Virus record (IMG/VR): IMGVR_UViG_2061766007_000145
Direction: 5' to 3' (one strand)
Length of the DNA stretch: 59,225 bases
Origin: an uncultured virus (IMG/VR IMGVR_UViG_2061766007_000145)
Taxonomy: Duplodnaviria; Heunggongvirae; Uroviricota; Caudoviricetes
Both the position numbers and the translations under genes were made by a program. Shown piece after piece: positions 16,914 to 26,785 of this stretch. Numbering within the stretch: position 1 is the stretch's first letter; each line of letters opens with the position of its first letter. The notes below the pieces were generated by a model. The model worked only from the letters and a program-made list of their open reading frames with translations, did no database searches and was not told where the DNA came from.

Positions 16914-17655
16914 TTGCCACGGAGATTTCAGGAAATTTAACGAGCGCTTCTTTCCTATACAGGACGAACTAACCAGAGATGATATTATGATTATCTGCGG
17001 TGACTTCGGGATATGGAATGACGACGCAAGCGAAAAATGGTGGCTTCAATGGCTCTCAAAGAAGCCATTTACCATTACGTTTGTTGACGGCAATCACGAA
17101 AACTTTGACCGTTTATACGGTGACGAGTTTCCTGTCGTTGACTTCCACGGTGGCAAAGCTCACAAAATACGCGAGAATATTTATCACTTGATGCGCGGGG
17201 GTGTCTTTGACTTCGATGGCAAATCGTTCTTCTGCTTCGGCGGAGCGAGTAGTCACGACATAAGAGATGGCATTCTCGACAGGGCAAATTATGCAAACGA
17301 CAAAGACTTCTACTCCGATATAAAACTGTATTCAAAACAGAACAAAATATTCCGGATTAACCATTTGTCTTGGTGGGAGCAGGAGCTTCCATCGCAGGAA
17401 GAAATGGATTTCGGCTTGAAAAATCTTGCCGAGCACGGTAATAAAGTGGATTATATCATCACCCACAGTTGTCCACAGCAAGTCGCATCTGTCTTTTCAT
17501 TCGGCAGGTTTAAGCCTGATATAATCACAAAGTATTTTGACGAGATAGCAATGAACATCGAGTTCAAGCGGTGGTATTTCGGGCACCTGCACGACAACCG
17601 CAGAATCATAGACAAATACGAGCTATTGTACGAGCAGATTATGCAAATTTTATAA
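16894..17655 (+). CDS. Calcineurin-like metallophosphoesterase
   Basis: GDCHG, CGDFG, DGNHE, ITH, FGHLH motifs. Confidence 0.92.
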   Translation: MVFVTGDCHGDFRKFNERFFPIQDELTRDDIMIICGDFGIWNDDASEKWWLQWLSKKPFTITFVDGNHENFDRLYGDEFPVVDFHGGKAHKIRENIYHLMRGGVFDFDGKSFFCFGGASSHDIRDGILDRANYANDKDFYSDIKLYSKQNKIFRINHLSWWEQELPSQEEMDFGLKNLAEHGNKVDYIITHSCPQQVASVFSFGRFKPDIITKYFDEIAMNIEFKRWYFGHLHDNRRIIDKYELLYEQIMQIL

Positions 17656-17661
17656 AAAGAG

Positions 17662-18255
17662 GTGAATTATATGGAGAAAATTATCATGCAAAAGACATTT
17701 AACTTCGGTAAGATTGCTTATGAGAATCCGGAGCGTCGTCTTAATGCCGTAACAGTCAACGCCGAACTGAGACGTTGTGGTGGTGAACCGACGTTTATCA
17801 TGAACCGTGACACCGGAGAGCAAATTCCCGTCGGAACAACACCCGCCTATATTGAACTCTCTATCTGCGGCGAAATCTGGAATAGACGTCACACTGATTT
17901 TCTATGCGGCGGTCAATGCTTAGATACCATTGCGGAGTACCGTGAGCAGTTGGATGACGCAGACACGTTTGACCTTTTATACTCTCTGTGGAAAGAATGG
18001 CATCTCAACGGTATGAACGCCGGAACGCCAGAGCAGGAAACCGCTGTCAAAGCATGGGAAGCAGAAGGAAATGTGTACGACTACAGTGCTGCGTGCGATA
18101 TGCTCAAAGAAAAAGGGCTTTATGAGGTGAATTTCACAGGTATATCCGTGGGTAGGCGCTATAACAATGAGCCTTACAAGTATGGAACCGGATGGATTGT
18201 GAGAGAAATTCCGGGCAATGTGTTGATTCAGATTGAGCATTTGCTTTCTACATAA
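17662..18255 (+). CDS. Hypothetical phage protein
   Basis: GGQCLD, WHLN, YKYGTGW motifs. Confidence 0.8.
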   Translation: MNYMEKIIMQKTFNFGKIAYENPERRLNAVTVNAELRRCGGEPTFIMNRDTGEQIPVGTTPAYIELSICGEIWNRRHTDFLCGGQCLDTIAEYREQLDDADTFDLLYSLWKEWHLNGMNAGTPEQETAVKAWEAEGNVYDYSAACDMLKEKGLYEVNFTGISVGRRYNNEPYKYGTGWIVREIPGNVLIQIEHLLST

Positions 18256-18269
18256 GGAGGTGGCAAGTT

Positions 18270-18524
18270 GTGATTACATTGAGTGAGGCTTTTAAGCTGT
18301 GTCAGATAGGAGAAGAACTCGTTTGTCTTAGACCTATAGGTAGAGCTAAAAGCAGGGATCATTACTTCTGGTCTACAAAGATTCGCAACAGGCTTGATAT
18401 GAAGAAAATTAACGTAGTCTGCATAAGACCGAAGTTTGCTCCGCAATCGCCTGATTTCGAATGTATGAAATTTGTGGTAACAGGAATCTCCGAAGATGAA
18501 TTAATAAAGGAGGAGTTTTTGTGA
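18270..18524 (+). CDS. Hypothetical protein
   Basis: SD aaggagg. Confidence 0.7.
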   Translation: MITLSEAFKLCQIGEELVCLRPIGRAKSRDHYFWSTKIRNRLDMKKINVVCIRPKFAPQSPDFECMKFVVTGISEDELIKEEFL

Positions 18525-19168
18525 ATAAGATTCTCCTATCTGAAAACGATTTACAGTTTGTTCTCAACTGGCGAGACGGACATAAAGACCTTGTGCGACT
18601 TGGGGCGAATCCTATGAAGGCTGTCAAGATTGTTTGTGTTGACAGCAAATATACGATTACCGGAATACGGGACGGAAATTCTCTTGAATTAGGAATCAAT
18701 CACAACGGTTCAAGCCTCGGGCGAGTTACGTTTGAGGTCATGGAGAACGGGCTGTGCAGACTTGTAAAAAACAGAACGAAGCTAACTCAAGAAAACATAC
18801 AAGCAGCGCTCACGGTCTACTGTTCTGTAATGGCGTTAATCGTCTTTGGCAATGAGACAGTTGATCTTCCCGAACCAAAGCCGCGCAAGAAACACAATGC
18901 TGATATGCCGAAGCCGTCAACCAAGTCCACACCCAAGAAACGCAGAAATAAAGAAGTCACCTATATCCTCACAAGAGGTAAGGGGCGACCAAGCATACGA
19001 CCGCAAGGCTCTCACAGCAGTCCGAGAGGTCAGTTCTCTGTGCGAGGACACTACCGGCATTACAGGAGTGGAAAAGTGGTGTGGGTTGCGGAATACCGCA
19101 AAGGTGTTGGCAAGGAAAAGAAGAACACAACCTATAAGGTTGGAAAGATAGATAGTAAAAACAGTTAA
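18521..19168 (+). CDS. Basic protein with C-terminal VRGHYR..RSGK..W motif (putative nucleic-acid binding)
   Basis: Motif and K/R-rich C-terminus. Confidence 0.75.
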   Translation: MNKILLSENDLQFVLNWRDGHKDLVRLGANPMKAVKIVCVDSKYTITGIRDGNSLELGINHNGSSLGRVTFEVMENGLCRLVKNRTKLTQENIQAALTVYCSVMALIVFGNETVDLPEPKPRKKHNADMPKPSTKSTPKKRRNKEVTYILTRGKGRPSIRPQGSHSSPRGQFSVRGHYRHYRSGKVVWVAEYRKGVGKEKKNTTYKVGKIDSKNS

Positions 19169-19192
19169 CTTACCGAAAATGGAGATGGTTTT

Positions 19193-19714
19193 TTGGTTAT
19201 TGTTCTTACGGATTACAGTTTTGATTGCCCATATATTGATATTTTTGACAACGAAACCGATGCAATTGAATATTTGAAAAGCACTGTGCAATCTGAATAC
19301 CGTATTGACATTGAAAACGGGTGGCAAACAACTCTTGTGTGGGATAGCAGTGGAACACATGCAAGATTAACTAACTGGTTTGATGACCATGAAGATGTTG
19401 CAGAATTCCAAATTGTTAGTGATATAAAAGATCATAGAGCTATTGAAGGTGACGATACAGTGATGAGTCATGAGCCTGACTATGTATATTTTGAGAACAC
19501 ATATACCGGTTTTGACGAGGATGGAAACGCATTTGTATGTATCGACGGATACCCAAGAGACGAAGAACTAAGCGGGACGGTCATAGCTGTTGTCTACTTG
19601 ACTCCGAACAGAGATTTCGTAACAAGCTGGCACCGAAATGATTATCGCGAAAACGCGGCGGTTCTTGAGCTCGTCAATGAATCTAAGCGTATTCTACCCG
19701 ACATGATAAAATAA
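19193..19714 (+). CDS. Hypothetical protein
   Basis: ORF. Confidence 0.7.
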   Translation: MVIVLTDYSFDCPYIDIFDNETDAIEYLKSTVQSEYRIDIENGWQTTLVWDSSGTHARLTNWFDDHEDVAEFQIVSDIKDHRAIEGDDTVMSHEPDYVYFENTYTGFDEDGNAFVCIDGYPRDEELSGTVIAVVYLTPNRDFVTSWHRNDYRENAAVLELVNESKRILPDMIK

Positions 19715-19733
19715 CTCGAAAGGTGGTGATACA

Positions 19734-19997
19734 ATGAGAAGCCGTGTAAAGAAGCCTGAAACTCCGTCAGAATCTACCGGAATCTATGAGGGGTGTAAAG
19801 TAATTCTTGATTACGAAGCAATCACATTGAGAAAGTCTTATGCTTCAACCGCTGAGAATTACCGCAAATTCATAGAGAAAAATCGCGGCAAGGTGCTGAC
19901 AGCACACCCTGAGAGCAGGAACCTTGTCAGTCTGAAGGAACAGCCCGGCTGGTTGTTCTGGGAAAAAGACCTTATTCCGGTAGAAGAAAAAAAGTAA
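19734..19997 (+). CDS. Hypothetical protein
   Basis: ORF with SD. Confidence 0.7.
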   Translation: MRSRVKKPETPSESTGIYEGCKVILDYEAITLRKSYASTAENYRKFIEKNRGKVLTAHPESRNLVSLKEQPGWLFWEKDLIPVEEKK

Positions 19998-20013
19998 GTG
20001 AGGTGACCAAAAA

Positions 20014-20262
20014 ATGAACGAAGATATTAAGGTAATAAGCGCGAACGATTTAGTTGAAAACCAATATGAAATTTTTGTTCGTGTTAATGGAAGGTGCCGG
20101 GTTATTGTTAATGCAGTTGATTTCAGGTCTGCAAAAGAACTCGCAGAAGAAAGAGTTGGCGAGTACAATTTTGGTGAACTTGAAGATATTGACTGGGGCG
20201 CAGTCAGCGGAATTGACGAGCGCGGAAACTATGTATCGTTTAAAAAGAGAGGAGCAGTATAA
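20014..20262 (+). CDS. Hypothetical protein
   Basis: ORF with SD. Confidence 0.7.
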   Translation: MNEDIKVISANDLVENQYEIFVRVNGRCRVIVNAVDFRSAKELAEERVGEYNFGELEDIDWGAVSGIDERGNYVSFKKRGAV

Positions 20263-21309
20263 ATGAATGAATTGAAAATCTTTGAGAACCCTGAGTTTGG
20301 GTCGGTAAGGCTTGTGGAAATTGAAGGAGAGCCGTGGTTTGTGGCTACCGACGTATGCGGTGCATTAGAAGTTAAAAATGCCTCTCAAGCGCTTACAAGG
20401 CTTGACGAAGACGAGAAGATGACCACTCTCATTTCAAATGAGGGTGCTGCGACAGGAAAATCGCAGATGGCTTTTGTCAATGAGTCCGGTCTTTATTCTC
20501 TCGTGCTTGGTTCCCGTAAACCGGAGGCAAAAGCCTTTAAACGCTGGATCACACATGATGTTATTCCTACAATCCACAAGCACGGCGCATATATGACACC
20601 AGAGGCTATCGAGAAGGTTTTGTACAACCCCGACTACCTCATCGCATTGGCAAACACTCTCAAGGATGCGCAGGAGAAGAACAAAGCTCTCACCGAGCAG
20701 GTTTTCGTGCAGAACCAGCGGATTGACGCTCAGACGCAGCAGATAGCAGAGCTTGAACCGAAAGGCGCATACTATGACCTCATCCTTCAGACAGAGAACA
20801 CAATGACCACCACGCAGATAGCGAAAGATTACGGCTTTTCAGCACAGCTTTTCAACAAGATTCTTCACGAATTTGAAATCGTCTATCCGCAAAACGGCTC
20901 GTGGGTTTTGTATCAACAGTACGCAAACAGCGGATTCGGCAAAACGAATACATACACCTATTGGAAGGGCGACGGAGAGAACAGCACACTCTCGCTTGTA
21001 TGGACGCAAACCGGCAGGCTTTTCCTCTACGAGAAACTGAAGTCACACGGTATTCTGCCTGTGGTTGAAACAGAATATTCTGACGTAAACTTCTCGAACC
21101 CTATCGTCATAAAGTGTCAAGGCAAGAGTAGCGAAAATCATGCGAAGTTCAGAGGCATCCCGCATGACATCATGGAAAGAGCATATAAGGCTTACAAACA
21201 GAAGACATCTCCACTCAAAGACATCGTAAAAGCACTTGGTATTTCTACAAATACATTCTATAAAAAGACTGATAAGTTTAAGCGATTCCCCGACCTCAGA
21301 GTGTATTGA
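20263..21309 (+). CDS. BRO-N / KilAC(ANT) phage antirepressor with extra C-terminal HTH
   Basis: FENPEFGSVR, PWFVATDVC, VNESGLYSL, FKRWIT; TQIAKDYG, WTQTGRLF. Confidence 0.92.
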   Translation: MNELKIFENPEFGSVRLVEIEGEPWFVATDVCGALEVKNASQALTRLDEDEKMTTLISNEGAATGKSQMAFVNESGLYSLVLGSRKPEAKAFKRWITHDVIPTIHKHGAYMTPEAIEKVLYNPDYLIALANTLKDAQEKNKALTEQVFVQNQRIDAQTQQIAELEPKGAYYDLILQTENTMTTTQIAKDYGFSAQLFNKILHEFEIVYPQNGSWVLYQQYANSGFGKTNTYTYWKGDGENSTLSLVWTQTGRLFLYEKLKSHGILPVVETEYSDVNFSNPIVIKCQGKSSENHAKFRGIPHDIMERAYKAYKQKTSPLKDIVKALGISTNTFYKKTDKFKRFPDLRVY

Positions 21310-21315
21310 TTTGAG

Positions 21316-21687
21316 GTGAGATTAATGCTTTCCGTGTTAGAGTTCCAAAGCCTGATCGACTCAGGGGCGGTAGTACACTGTACGACGAAAGAAGAATGTG
21401 TAAAAGTCCTCGATTTTTTAGAGCAACTTGGGTTCTATATTCATGAACACACACCCAATCTCTCTAATTGCCCCACCTATCTCTCCCCGGGGATTGACCG
21501 TTCGGGTACAGAAATATGCAGATACAGCAACGAATATGTAGAAGAAGTACCCAGCAATAGACTACTTGGCTTTTACAAAGACTCATCAACCGTCATCGAA
21601 TTTGATGAAGTTCCGTTTGAGAAGGTTCGCTCACAACAGAGCGATGATGAATTTGACGAATGTTTTGCGCGCCTGTTAACGCCTTGA
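21316..21687 (+). CDS. Hypothetical protein, paralog of 21727-22074
   Basis: Shared GA.V.CT..EC..V.DFLE.LG and QQSD..F.ECF tail. Confidence 0.82.
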   Translation: MRLMLSVLEFQSLIDSGAVVHCTTKEECVKVLDFLEQLGFYIHEHTPNLSNCPTYLSPGIDRSGTEICRYSNEYVEEVPSNRLLGFYKDSSTVIEFDEVPFEKVRSQQSDDEFDECFARLLTP

Positions 21688-21726
21688 GAATAGCAGAATG
21701 AAGTACACAAAATTGGTGGTGATAAT

Positions 21727-22074
21727 TTGGGCGAGTTAAGCGTTACTGAGTTTGAGAACATGATTTCCGACGGAGCGATTGTGTATTGTACAAACAGAAA
21801 AGAATGTCTGGAAGTTATCGACTTTTTAGAATCTTTGGGGTTTCCCCTATCTCAAACTATAAGGGATTTTGAGAGCGTCGAAAACTACTTATCCCCCGGA
21901 CTTAATAGGAGAAAGGTAATATCGCGATACTCAAACTGCTATGTAGAAGATGAGTTAAAAGAACAATCTGTTGGTACGATTATCCGCTTTGAGGAAGTTC
22001 CGTTTAAGGAAATCTGCTCTCAACAGAGCGATGAGGATTTTAACGAATGTTTCACAAGATTTTTGCTGAATTAA
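21727..22074 (+). CDS. Hypothetical protein, paralog of 21316-21687
   Basis: Paralogy. Confidence 0.82.
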   Translation: MGELSVTEFENMISDGAIVYCTNRKECLEVIDFLESLGFPLSQTIRDFESVENYLSPGLNRRKVISRYSNCYVEDELKEQSVGTIIRFEEVPFKEICSQQSDEDFNECFTRFLLN

Positions 22075-22091
22075 TGAAAGGAGTAACACAC

Positions 22092-22727
22092 ATGAACACT
22101 TACACTAAAATTGAAACCCTTTATGTCAGAGATACGGAGGGGGCGAAGAAACTCATTGAGGGAAAATTTCGCAACGAAACAGTAGAGTTTCTCAGAAATG
22201 TAGAATGGATTTGTACTGAGAAGATAGACGGCACAAACATCGGAGTTGTTTGGGACGGGCGTCGCGTATCGTATCAGGGAAGAACAGAACGAGCACAAAT
22301 ACCCGCTCACCTGATGAACAGACTTATTGAGATGTTTGGTGGTGACGTAAACGAAGAACTCTTTGAACAGAAGTTCGGCGAGATGCCAGTAATACTCTTC
22401 GGAGAGGGTTATGGCGCAAAGGTTCAGAATGGCGGTAACTATCGCAGCGACGTTTCATTTATCTTGTTTGACGTGTATCTCCCCACTCAGGACATCTGGC
22501 TCAAGAGAGACGCTATTGAGGATATTGCCAAAGCTTTTGACGTCGATGCAGTTCCGATAGTTATGCGCGGCACTCTCGATGAAGCAGTACAGTTTGTCAA
22601 GACGAAGCCGAAATCCACTATCGGAACCGCCAATATGGAGGGTTTGGTGTGTAAACCAGCGGTTGATATGCTCGACAGAATGAAGAACCGCATTATCGTC
22701 AAGATAAAGGTCAAGGATTTTGAGTAA
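22092..22727 (+). CDS. ATP-dependent RNA ligase (Rnl2-like nucleotidyltransferase)
   Basis: EKIDGTN (motif I), FGEGYG, FDV, EGLV, IVKIK. Confidence 0.85.
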   Translation: MNTYTKIETLYVRDTEGAKKLIEGKFRNETVEFLRNVEWICTEKIDGTNIGVVWDGRRVSYQGRTERAQIPAHLMNRLIEMFGGDVNEELFEQKFGEMPVILFGEGYGAKVQNGGNYRSDVSFILFDVYLPTQDIWLKRDAIEDIAKAFDVDAVPIVMRGTLDEAVQFVKTKPKSTIGTANMEGLVCKPAVDMLDRMKNRIIVKIKVKDFE

Positions 22728-23133
22728 CAGAGGTGAGCTTGTGGATTATGATTACCTCGTAAGGGGAAAACGAGCGGACAACGGAGCATGGTTGGTTAGC
22801 GAAAGTGTATGGCGAGACGGCGATGAGATACATCTATATTCCAAAGAAGATGGCTTCTGGGTCGAGATTGTTCCTCAAACGCTTGGGGAATGGAGCAGAG
22901 AGTGTGACGCTGCGGGTAATCTGATTTTTGACGGAGACTACTGTTCCGGTTCACAGTCTCATGTCGTATGGGAAGTCTACCGTTCAGGTTCATACTTTCT
23001 TGTGTGGACTGATGCCACTACGCAGGAATTACTCAGCCTTGTAGAGCATCCGTGGTGTAAAGTCGTAGGTAACATACATGACAACCCACGGCTTATGCTT
23101 GACACATTGATTGGAGGTGACAAAGATGCCTAA
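22720..23133 (+). CDS. YopX-family protein
   Basis: RGKR.DNG.W ... VVGNIHDNP. Confidence 0.8.
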   Translation: MSNRGELVDYDYLVRGKRADNGAWLVSESVWRDGDEIHLYSKEDGFWVEIVPQTLGEWSRECDAAGNLIFDGDYCSGSQSHVVWEVYRSGSYFLVWTDATTQELLSLVEHPWCKVVGNIHDNPRLMLDTLIGGDKDA

Positions 23134-23761
23134 CTGGTGTGAATCTACATACGTTTTTACGGGAAGTAAGGAAATTATTGACGAGTTTGAGAAGAAAATT
23201 GACGAGGCTATGGCGACAGACTGGGTAGAAATAACTACGAATTATCCAAAACAGGATTTTGGTGCATCTTGGCTCGGCAACCTGTTGTTCGCTCATCGTG
23301 CTGGTTCTGAATGGAACCGTCTTAATTGCCGTGGAACAATTGATTTCTACGCCCGACGAAACGATACCTCATATGAGGTTATGATAAATTCCGCTTGGGA
23401 GCCGCCTAACGATTTGTGGGATTACATCATTCAGAAAAACTATCTTGGAGAAAATGGAATCCATCTGATTGAATATGTCTTTGAAGCATTTGAACCCGGC
23501 AATCTTTTATTTGTCAACACAGATAAAACCGGAGAATATCTGCAAAGCAAGTACTATTTATGCTTTGATACTCCCGAATGCGGGTATGATGAGAATATCT
23601 ATTCCGAACAAGATAAAAATGTAATGTATCTTGCGTTGAGCGAGATTTTTGAAACGCAGGTTTGTGAGGATAATATTCAGCTCCTTGTCGATCTGTACAA
23701 CGAAGAACACAGTGCTACTCCTTGGTTTATTACTTACAAAGAACTTAGCAGCACATATTAA
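23126..23761 (+). CDS. Hypothetical phage protein (MPNWC...SAW.PP)
   Basis: ORF, SD ggagg. Confidence 0.8.
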   Translation: MPNWCESTYVFTGSKEIIDEFEKKIDEAMATDWVEITTNYPKQDFGASWLGNLLFAHRAGSEWNRLNCRGTIDFYARRNDTSYEVMINSAWEPPNDLWDYIIQKNYLGENGIHLIEYVFEAFEPGNLLFVNTDKTGEYLQSKYYLCFDTPECGYDENIYSEQDKNVMYLALSEIFETQVCEDNIQLLVDLYNEEHSATPWFITYKELSSTY

Positions 23762-23781
23762 ACGATGGGGGTGTAATTGTC

Positions 23782-24093
23782 ATGGTTATCAAAAGAACAT
23801 TCGGTGGCGTTGAATTTAAGCTCACGCTTAGTAGCGATGAACTTTTCGACGCTTTCGAGGAACAACAATTCCTTTTCGACTCAGAGGACGTAAAAGATAT
23901 GCTCTATGATATTGATACGCTCGGAGAGTATGGTATTACGATGGAAGACACACTTGGCATGGTAGACCAGATGGCGTATGAGATGAGGAGAAATATCAAC
24001 AAGTATGAAATGGGATGGAGAGAAGCGAGAGACGAGGCGATTAATCAGGTTCTCAGCGCCGAGCAATCAAGACGCGAAGAGGTGACAGCATGA
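23782..24093 (+). CDS. Hypothetical protein
   Basis: ORF. Confidence 0.7.
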   Translation: MVIKRTFGGVEFKLTLSSDELFDAFEEQQFLFDSEDVKDMLYDIDTLGEYGITMEDTLGMVDQMAYEMRRNINKYEMGWREARDEAINQVLSAEQSRREEVTA

Positions 24094-24362
24094 TTTTCAG
24101 AAACTGCTCCGACCTAAAAGAAAACGAGCTTGTAGTATGCAAGGTTTATGACGATTTTTACAGATACAAAGTCCCGAAAGAGGTGAGGGTTGTGACTGTA
24201 GACAAGTTTCACAAAACAGCAAAAGTTCTGCCGTTCAACTGTAAGAACCCTCTTTGTTTTGATGTGGATTTTGTTGACATGATTGCGGTTTATAATCCCC
24301 ACGGGGTAGAAATGACGTTTGGATGCTTGACAGGAACAAGTGATTTGCTCGAAGCGCGATAG
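24090..24362 (+). CDS. Hypothetical protein
   Basis: ATGA coupling. Confidence 0.7.
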   Translation: MIFRNCSDLKENELVVCKVYDDFYRYKVPKEVRVVTVDKFHKTAKVLPFNCKNPLCFDVDFVDMIAVYNPHGVEMTFGCLTGTSDLLEAR

Positions 24363-24394
24363 GGGGCGATTAAAATGGATTTTTATTGACGAGT

Positions 24395-24436
24395 TTCACA
24401 TTTTGTATTGACATTATGTGAAAAATATGGTATCAT
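24395..24436 (+). promoter_or_regulatory. SigA promoter with TTCACA-N16-TGTGAA operator-like repeat
   Basis: TTGACA(24408)-17-TATCAT(24431), extended -10 TG. Confidence 0.75.
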
Positions 24437-24462
24437 AAAAGAAAAAAATTAGGAGTGGTTCA

Positions 24463-24831
24463 ATGTTTTGTTGCTTTGACATCGCCTCTGCTGTCATTGA
24501 TGAGGCTACAAAGAAAAACAAAGACTGGGTAATTAACCCCGAGAAACTATCGGATTTGAAAGATGCTTGCGAGTACGCCGACCAGTTCAACAAGTCTTTT
24601 AACTGCACAGAGATGTCTGTAGACGCGACTCCGCAAGGAAGTGTCATTATCTCGTTTGTCACAGACAACGCTGCGGGCTATTTTGTCAAGGGGCAGAGGT
24701 ACGATTGCTTTTACGAGCTGATGCGGTGTGCAAAGGAAGTCAGAATAAAACCCCACGACAGTGATTATTTCGTCGTCAGCTATGAGTTGCCCGGCGTATG
24801 GGATATGAAAGAAGGCGACAATAATGGATGA
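24463..24831 (+). CDS. Hypothetical protein, paralog of 30406-30768
   Basis: C.D.A..VIDEAT ... FYE....K ... PGVW shared. Confidence 0.82.
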   Translation: MFCCFDIASAVIDEATKKNKDWVINPEKLSDLKDACEYADQFNKSFNCTEMSVDATPQGSVIISFVTDNAAGYFVKGQRYDCFYELMRCAKEVRIKPHDSDYFVVSYELPGVWDMKEGDNNG

Positions 24832-25198
24832 AATCGTAGACGGAATAGGTAAAATTGCTGAGATTCAAAACAGCGGTGTGTTTGTAGTAGAACCTCATCA
24901 GATGTGGAATTACGGCAATCTGAAGGATATTTTGCCTAAAATCATCAAAGGTACAGGTATAAAGTTCGGCTCAGAGGTTGGTGAAACATTTGCCACGGTG
25001 TCAACTATCACTGTAACCGGCAAAGAAATTGTTATTACACAGCCGGAAATGCTTGCAGATATTCTGAGTTATCTCGGCGGGCAGGTCAACCCATCTATCG
25101 ACCCCAACGCCAACGGTACCGTAGAGTTTAGCTTTACATTCTATAACACGGCTGTCAAAATTGCCGATGGTATTATTCCGGTAGATGTTTCAGAGTAA
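24824..25198 (+). CDS. Hypothetical protein, weak paralog of 29974-30393
   Basis: KGT..K ... GTV...FT..N shared. Confidence 0.75.
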   Translation: MDEIVDGIGKIAEIQNSGVFVVEPHQMWNYGNLKDILPKIIKGTGIKFGSEVGETFATVSTITVTGKEIVITQPEMLADILSYLGGQVNPSIDPNANGTVEFSFTFYNTAVKIADGIIPVDVSE

Positions 25199-25246
25199 TG
25201 CCGTCTGCCAAACCCACATGAACAGAAACAGTTTACATGCTTATTA

Positions 25247-25279
25247 AGTCGAGCGGATTTCTCTGCTCGGCTTTTTATT
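25247..25279 (+). terminator. Intrinsic terminator
   Basis: agtcgagcgga-tttc-tctgctcggct followed by T-run. Confidence 0.7.
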
Positions 25280-25284
25280 CTTTT

Positions 25285-25366
25285 ACGCCGATAGCTCAGT
25301 GGAGGTGAGCCGTACACGGGGACGTGTACTTAATCGGGGGCGAAGGTTCGAGTCCTTCTCGGCGCA
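25285..25366 (+). ncRNA. tRNA-like RNA lacking an anticodon loop (GGGA tetraloop)
   Basis: cgccga/tcggcg acceptor, tagctcagtgg..gagc D-arm, gtacacg-ggga-cgtgtac, gaagg-ttcgagt-ccttc T-arm. Confidence 0.65.
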
Positions 25367-25520
25367 ATGTATGGGTTAATAGCCCGCCATCTTTTGCCCA
25401 GAGGAAAGCACACATTGTATGGTTGATGCTTACGGTGAAAGCAGTTCGAGTCTGCCACTTTGAAGCTAAACGGATGGCAAAACCGTATTTTATTTAAAAA
25501 CCCGAAAGGAATGTTGCAAA

Positions 25521-26354
25521 ATTAACACATTAGCATTGGTAGATTTCGACGGAGTCAAAACCGTTGATAGCAGAGATGTTGCGGTAGCGATTGAGAGAGA
25601 CCATCACAAATTGCTCAGAGACATACGTACATACAGTGAATATCTTACACAATCCAAAATTGGATTCAGTGAGTTTTTCATTGAAAGCAGCTACATAGAC
25701 CCAACAGGCAGAACATTGCCGCGCTATTTAATCACCCGCAAAGGCTGTGAAATGATAGCGAACAAGATGACCGGTCAAAAGGGTGTAGCTTTTACAGCTC
25801 TTTATATTCACGCCTTTCACGAGATGGAACAGCAACTCACAGAGATTCGTGACAGCTATATGATTTCAGACCCGATAGAGCGAGCAAAGAGATGGATAGA
25901 GGAAGAACAAAACAGAGTCGCTTTAAAAGCCGCAAACGATACTCTCTCCGCAAAAATCGAAGAGGATAAACCCAAGGTTCTCTTCGCCGATTCAGTAACC
26001 GCAAGTCAGACTTCTATCCTCGTAGGCGAGCTTGCGAAGCTGATTAAACAAAACGGTATTGAGATAGGGCAGCAGCGTATGTTCACATGGCTTCGCAATA
26101 ATGGGTTCCTCATCAAGCGAAAGGGCAGCGACTACAACATGCCGACACAGTATTCGATGGAGCTTGGGTTATTTGAAATCAAAGAGACGTCCATTACCCA
26201 CGCTGACGGTCATGTGAGCGTAAATAAAACTCCGAAGGTTACGGGTAAAGGACAACAGTTCTTCATCAACAAATTCCTTGGCAAAAAGAGAGAGGTAATT
26301 GCATCTGCCCGGACTCCTTACAACGAGTTTGAGAGTAACGTAGGAGCAAGTTAA
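25521..26354 (+). CDS. Rha / KilAC(ANT) phage regulatory protein (likely ATT start)
   Basis: DSRDVA..H..LLRDI, FIESSY, ITRKGC; PKVLFAD, GELAK, TPKVTGKGQ. Confidence 0.9.
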   Translation: MNTLALVDFDGVKTVDSRDVAVAIERDHHKLLRDIRTYSEYLTQSKIGFSEFFIESSYIDPTGRTLPRYLITRKGCEMIANKMTGQKGVAFTALYIHAFHEMEQQLTEIRDSYMISDPIERAKRWIEEEQNRVALKAANDTLSAKIEEDKPKVLFADSVTASQTSILVGELAKLIKQNGIEIGQQRMFTWLRNNGFLIKRKGSDYNMPTQYSMELGLFEIKETSITHADGHVSVNKTPKVTGKGQQFFINKFLGKKREVIASARTPYNEFESNVGAS

Positions 26355-26433
26355 ATGCGTTATCTGCTCACGTCAGATATTCCGACGGAACGATCATAGA
26401 AGTTAAATAAGTAAGAAAGGATTTTGCTTAACA

Positions 26434-26781
26434 GTGAACAATAAATCAGAAATCATTAGGGCTACGGTCGCCATTCTCGCAGTCGTCGCTACCCTTGCGT
26501 TTGCTACATATATTATGGTTCACAATTCAAATCATCCATATAATCCCGCTCTTATGAATGTGAGAGAGGACTACGGAATGATAGCGAAAAGCGACGAATA
26601 TGAAACAGAGGTAGTCACGAGCGATAGAATTACGTGGCGTATCAAAAATTACATATGTCAACCGGGTTCGTACTGCCGTATAGTATTCAGAACACAAGGC
26701 ACCGACGATCCATCTGACGACGAAATCATTTCAATCAATCCTGACCCATATTACCCGTATCAGCAAAATATCGGAGGTTAA
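26434..26781 (+). CDS. Membrane-anchored protein, paralog of 2257-2538
   Basis: N-terminal TM; shared C-terminal motif. Confidence 0.75.
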   Translation: MNNKSEIIRATVAILAVVATLAFATYIMVHNSNHPYNPALMNVREDYGMIAKSDEYETEVVTSDRITWRIKNYICQPGSYCRIVFRTQGTDDPSDDEIISINPDPYYPYQQNIGG

Positions 26782-26785
26782 CAAA

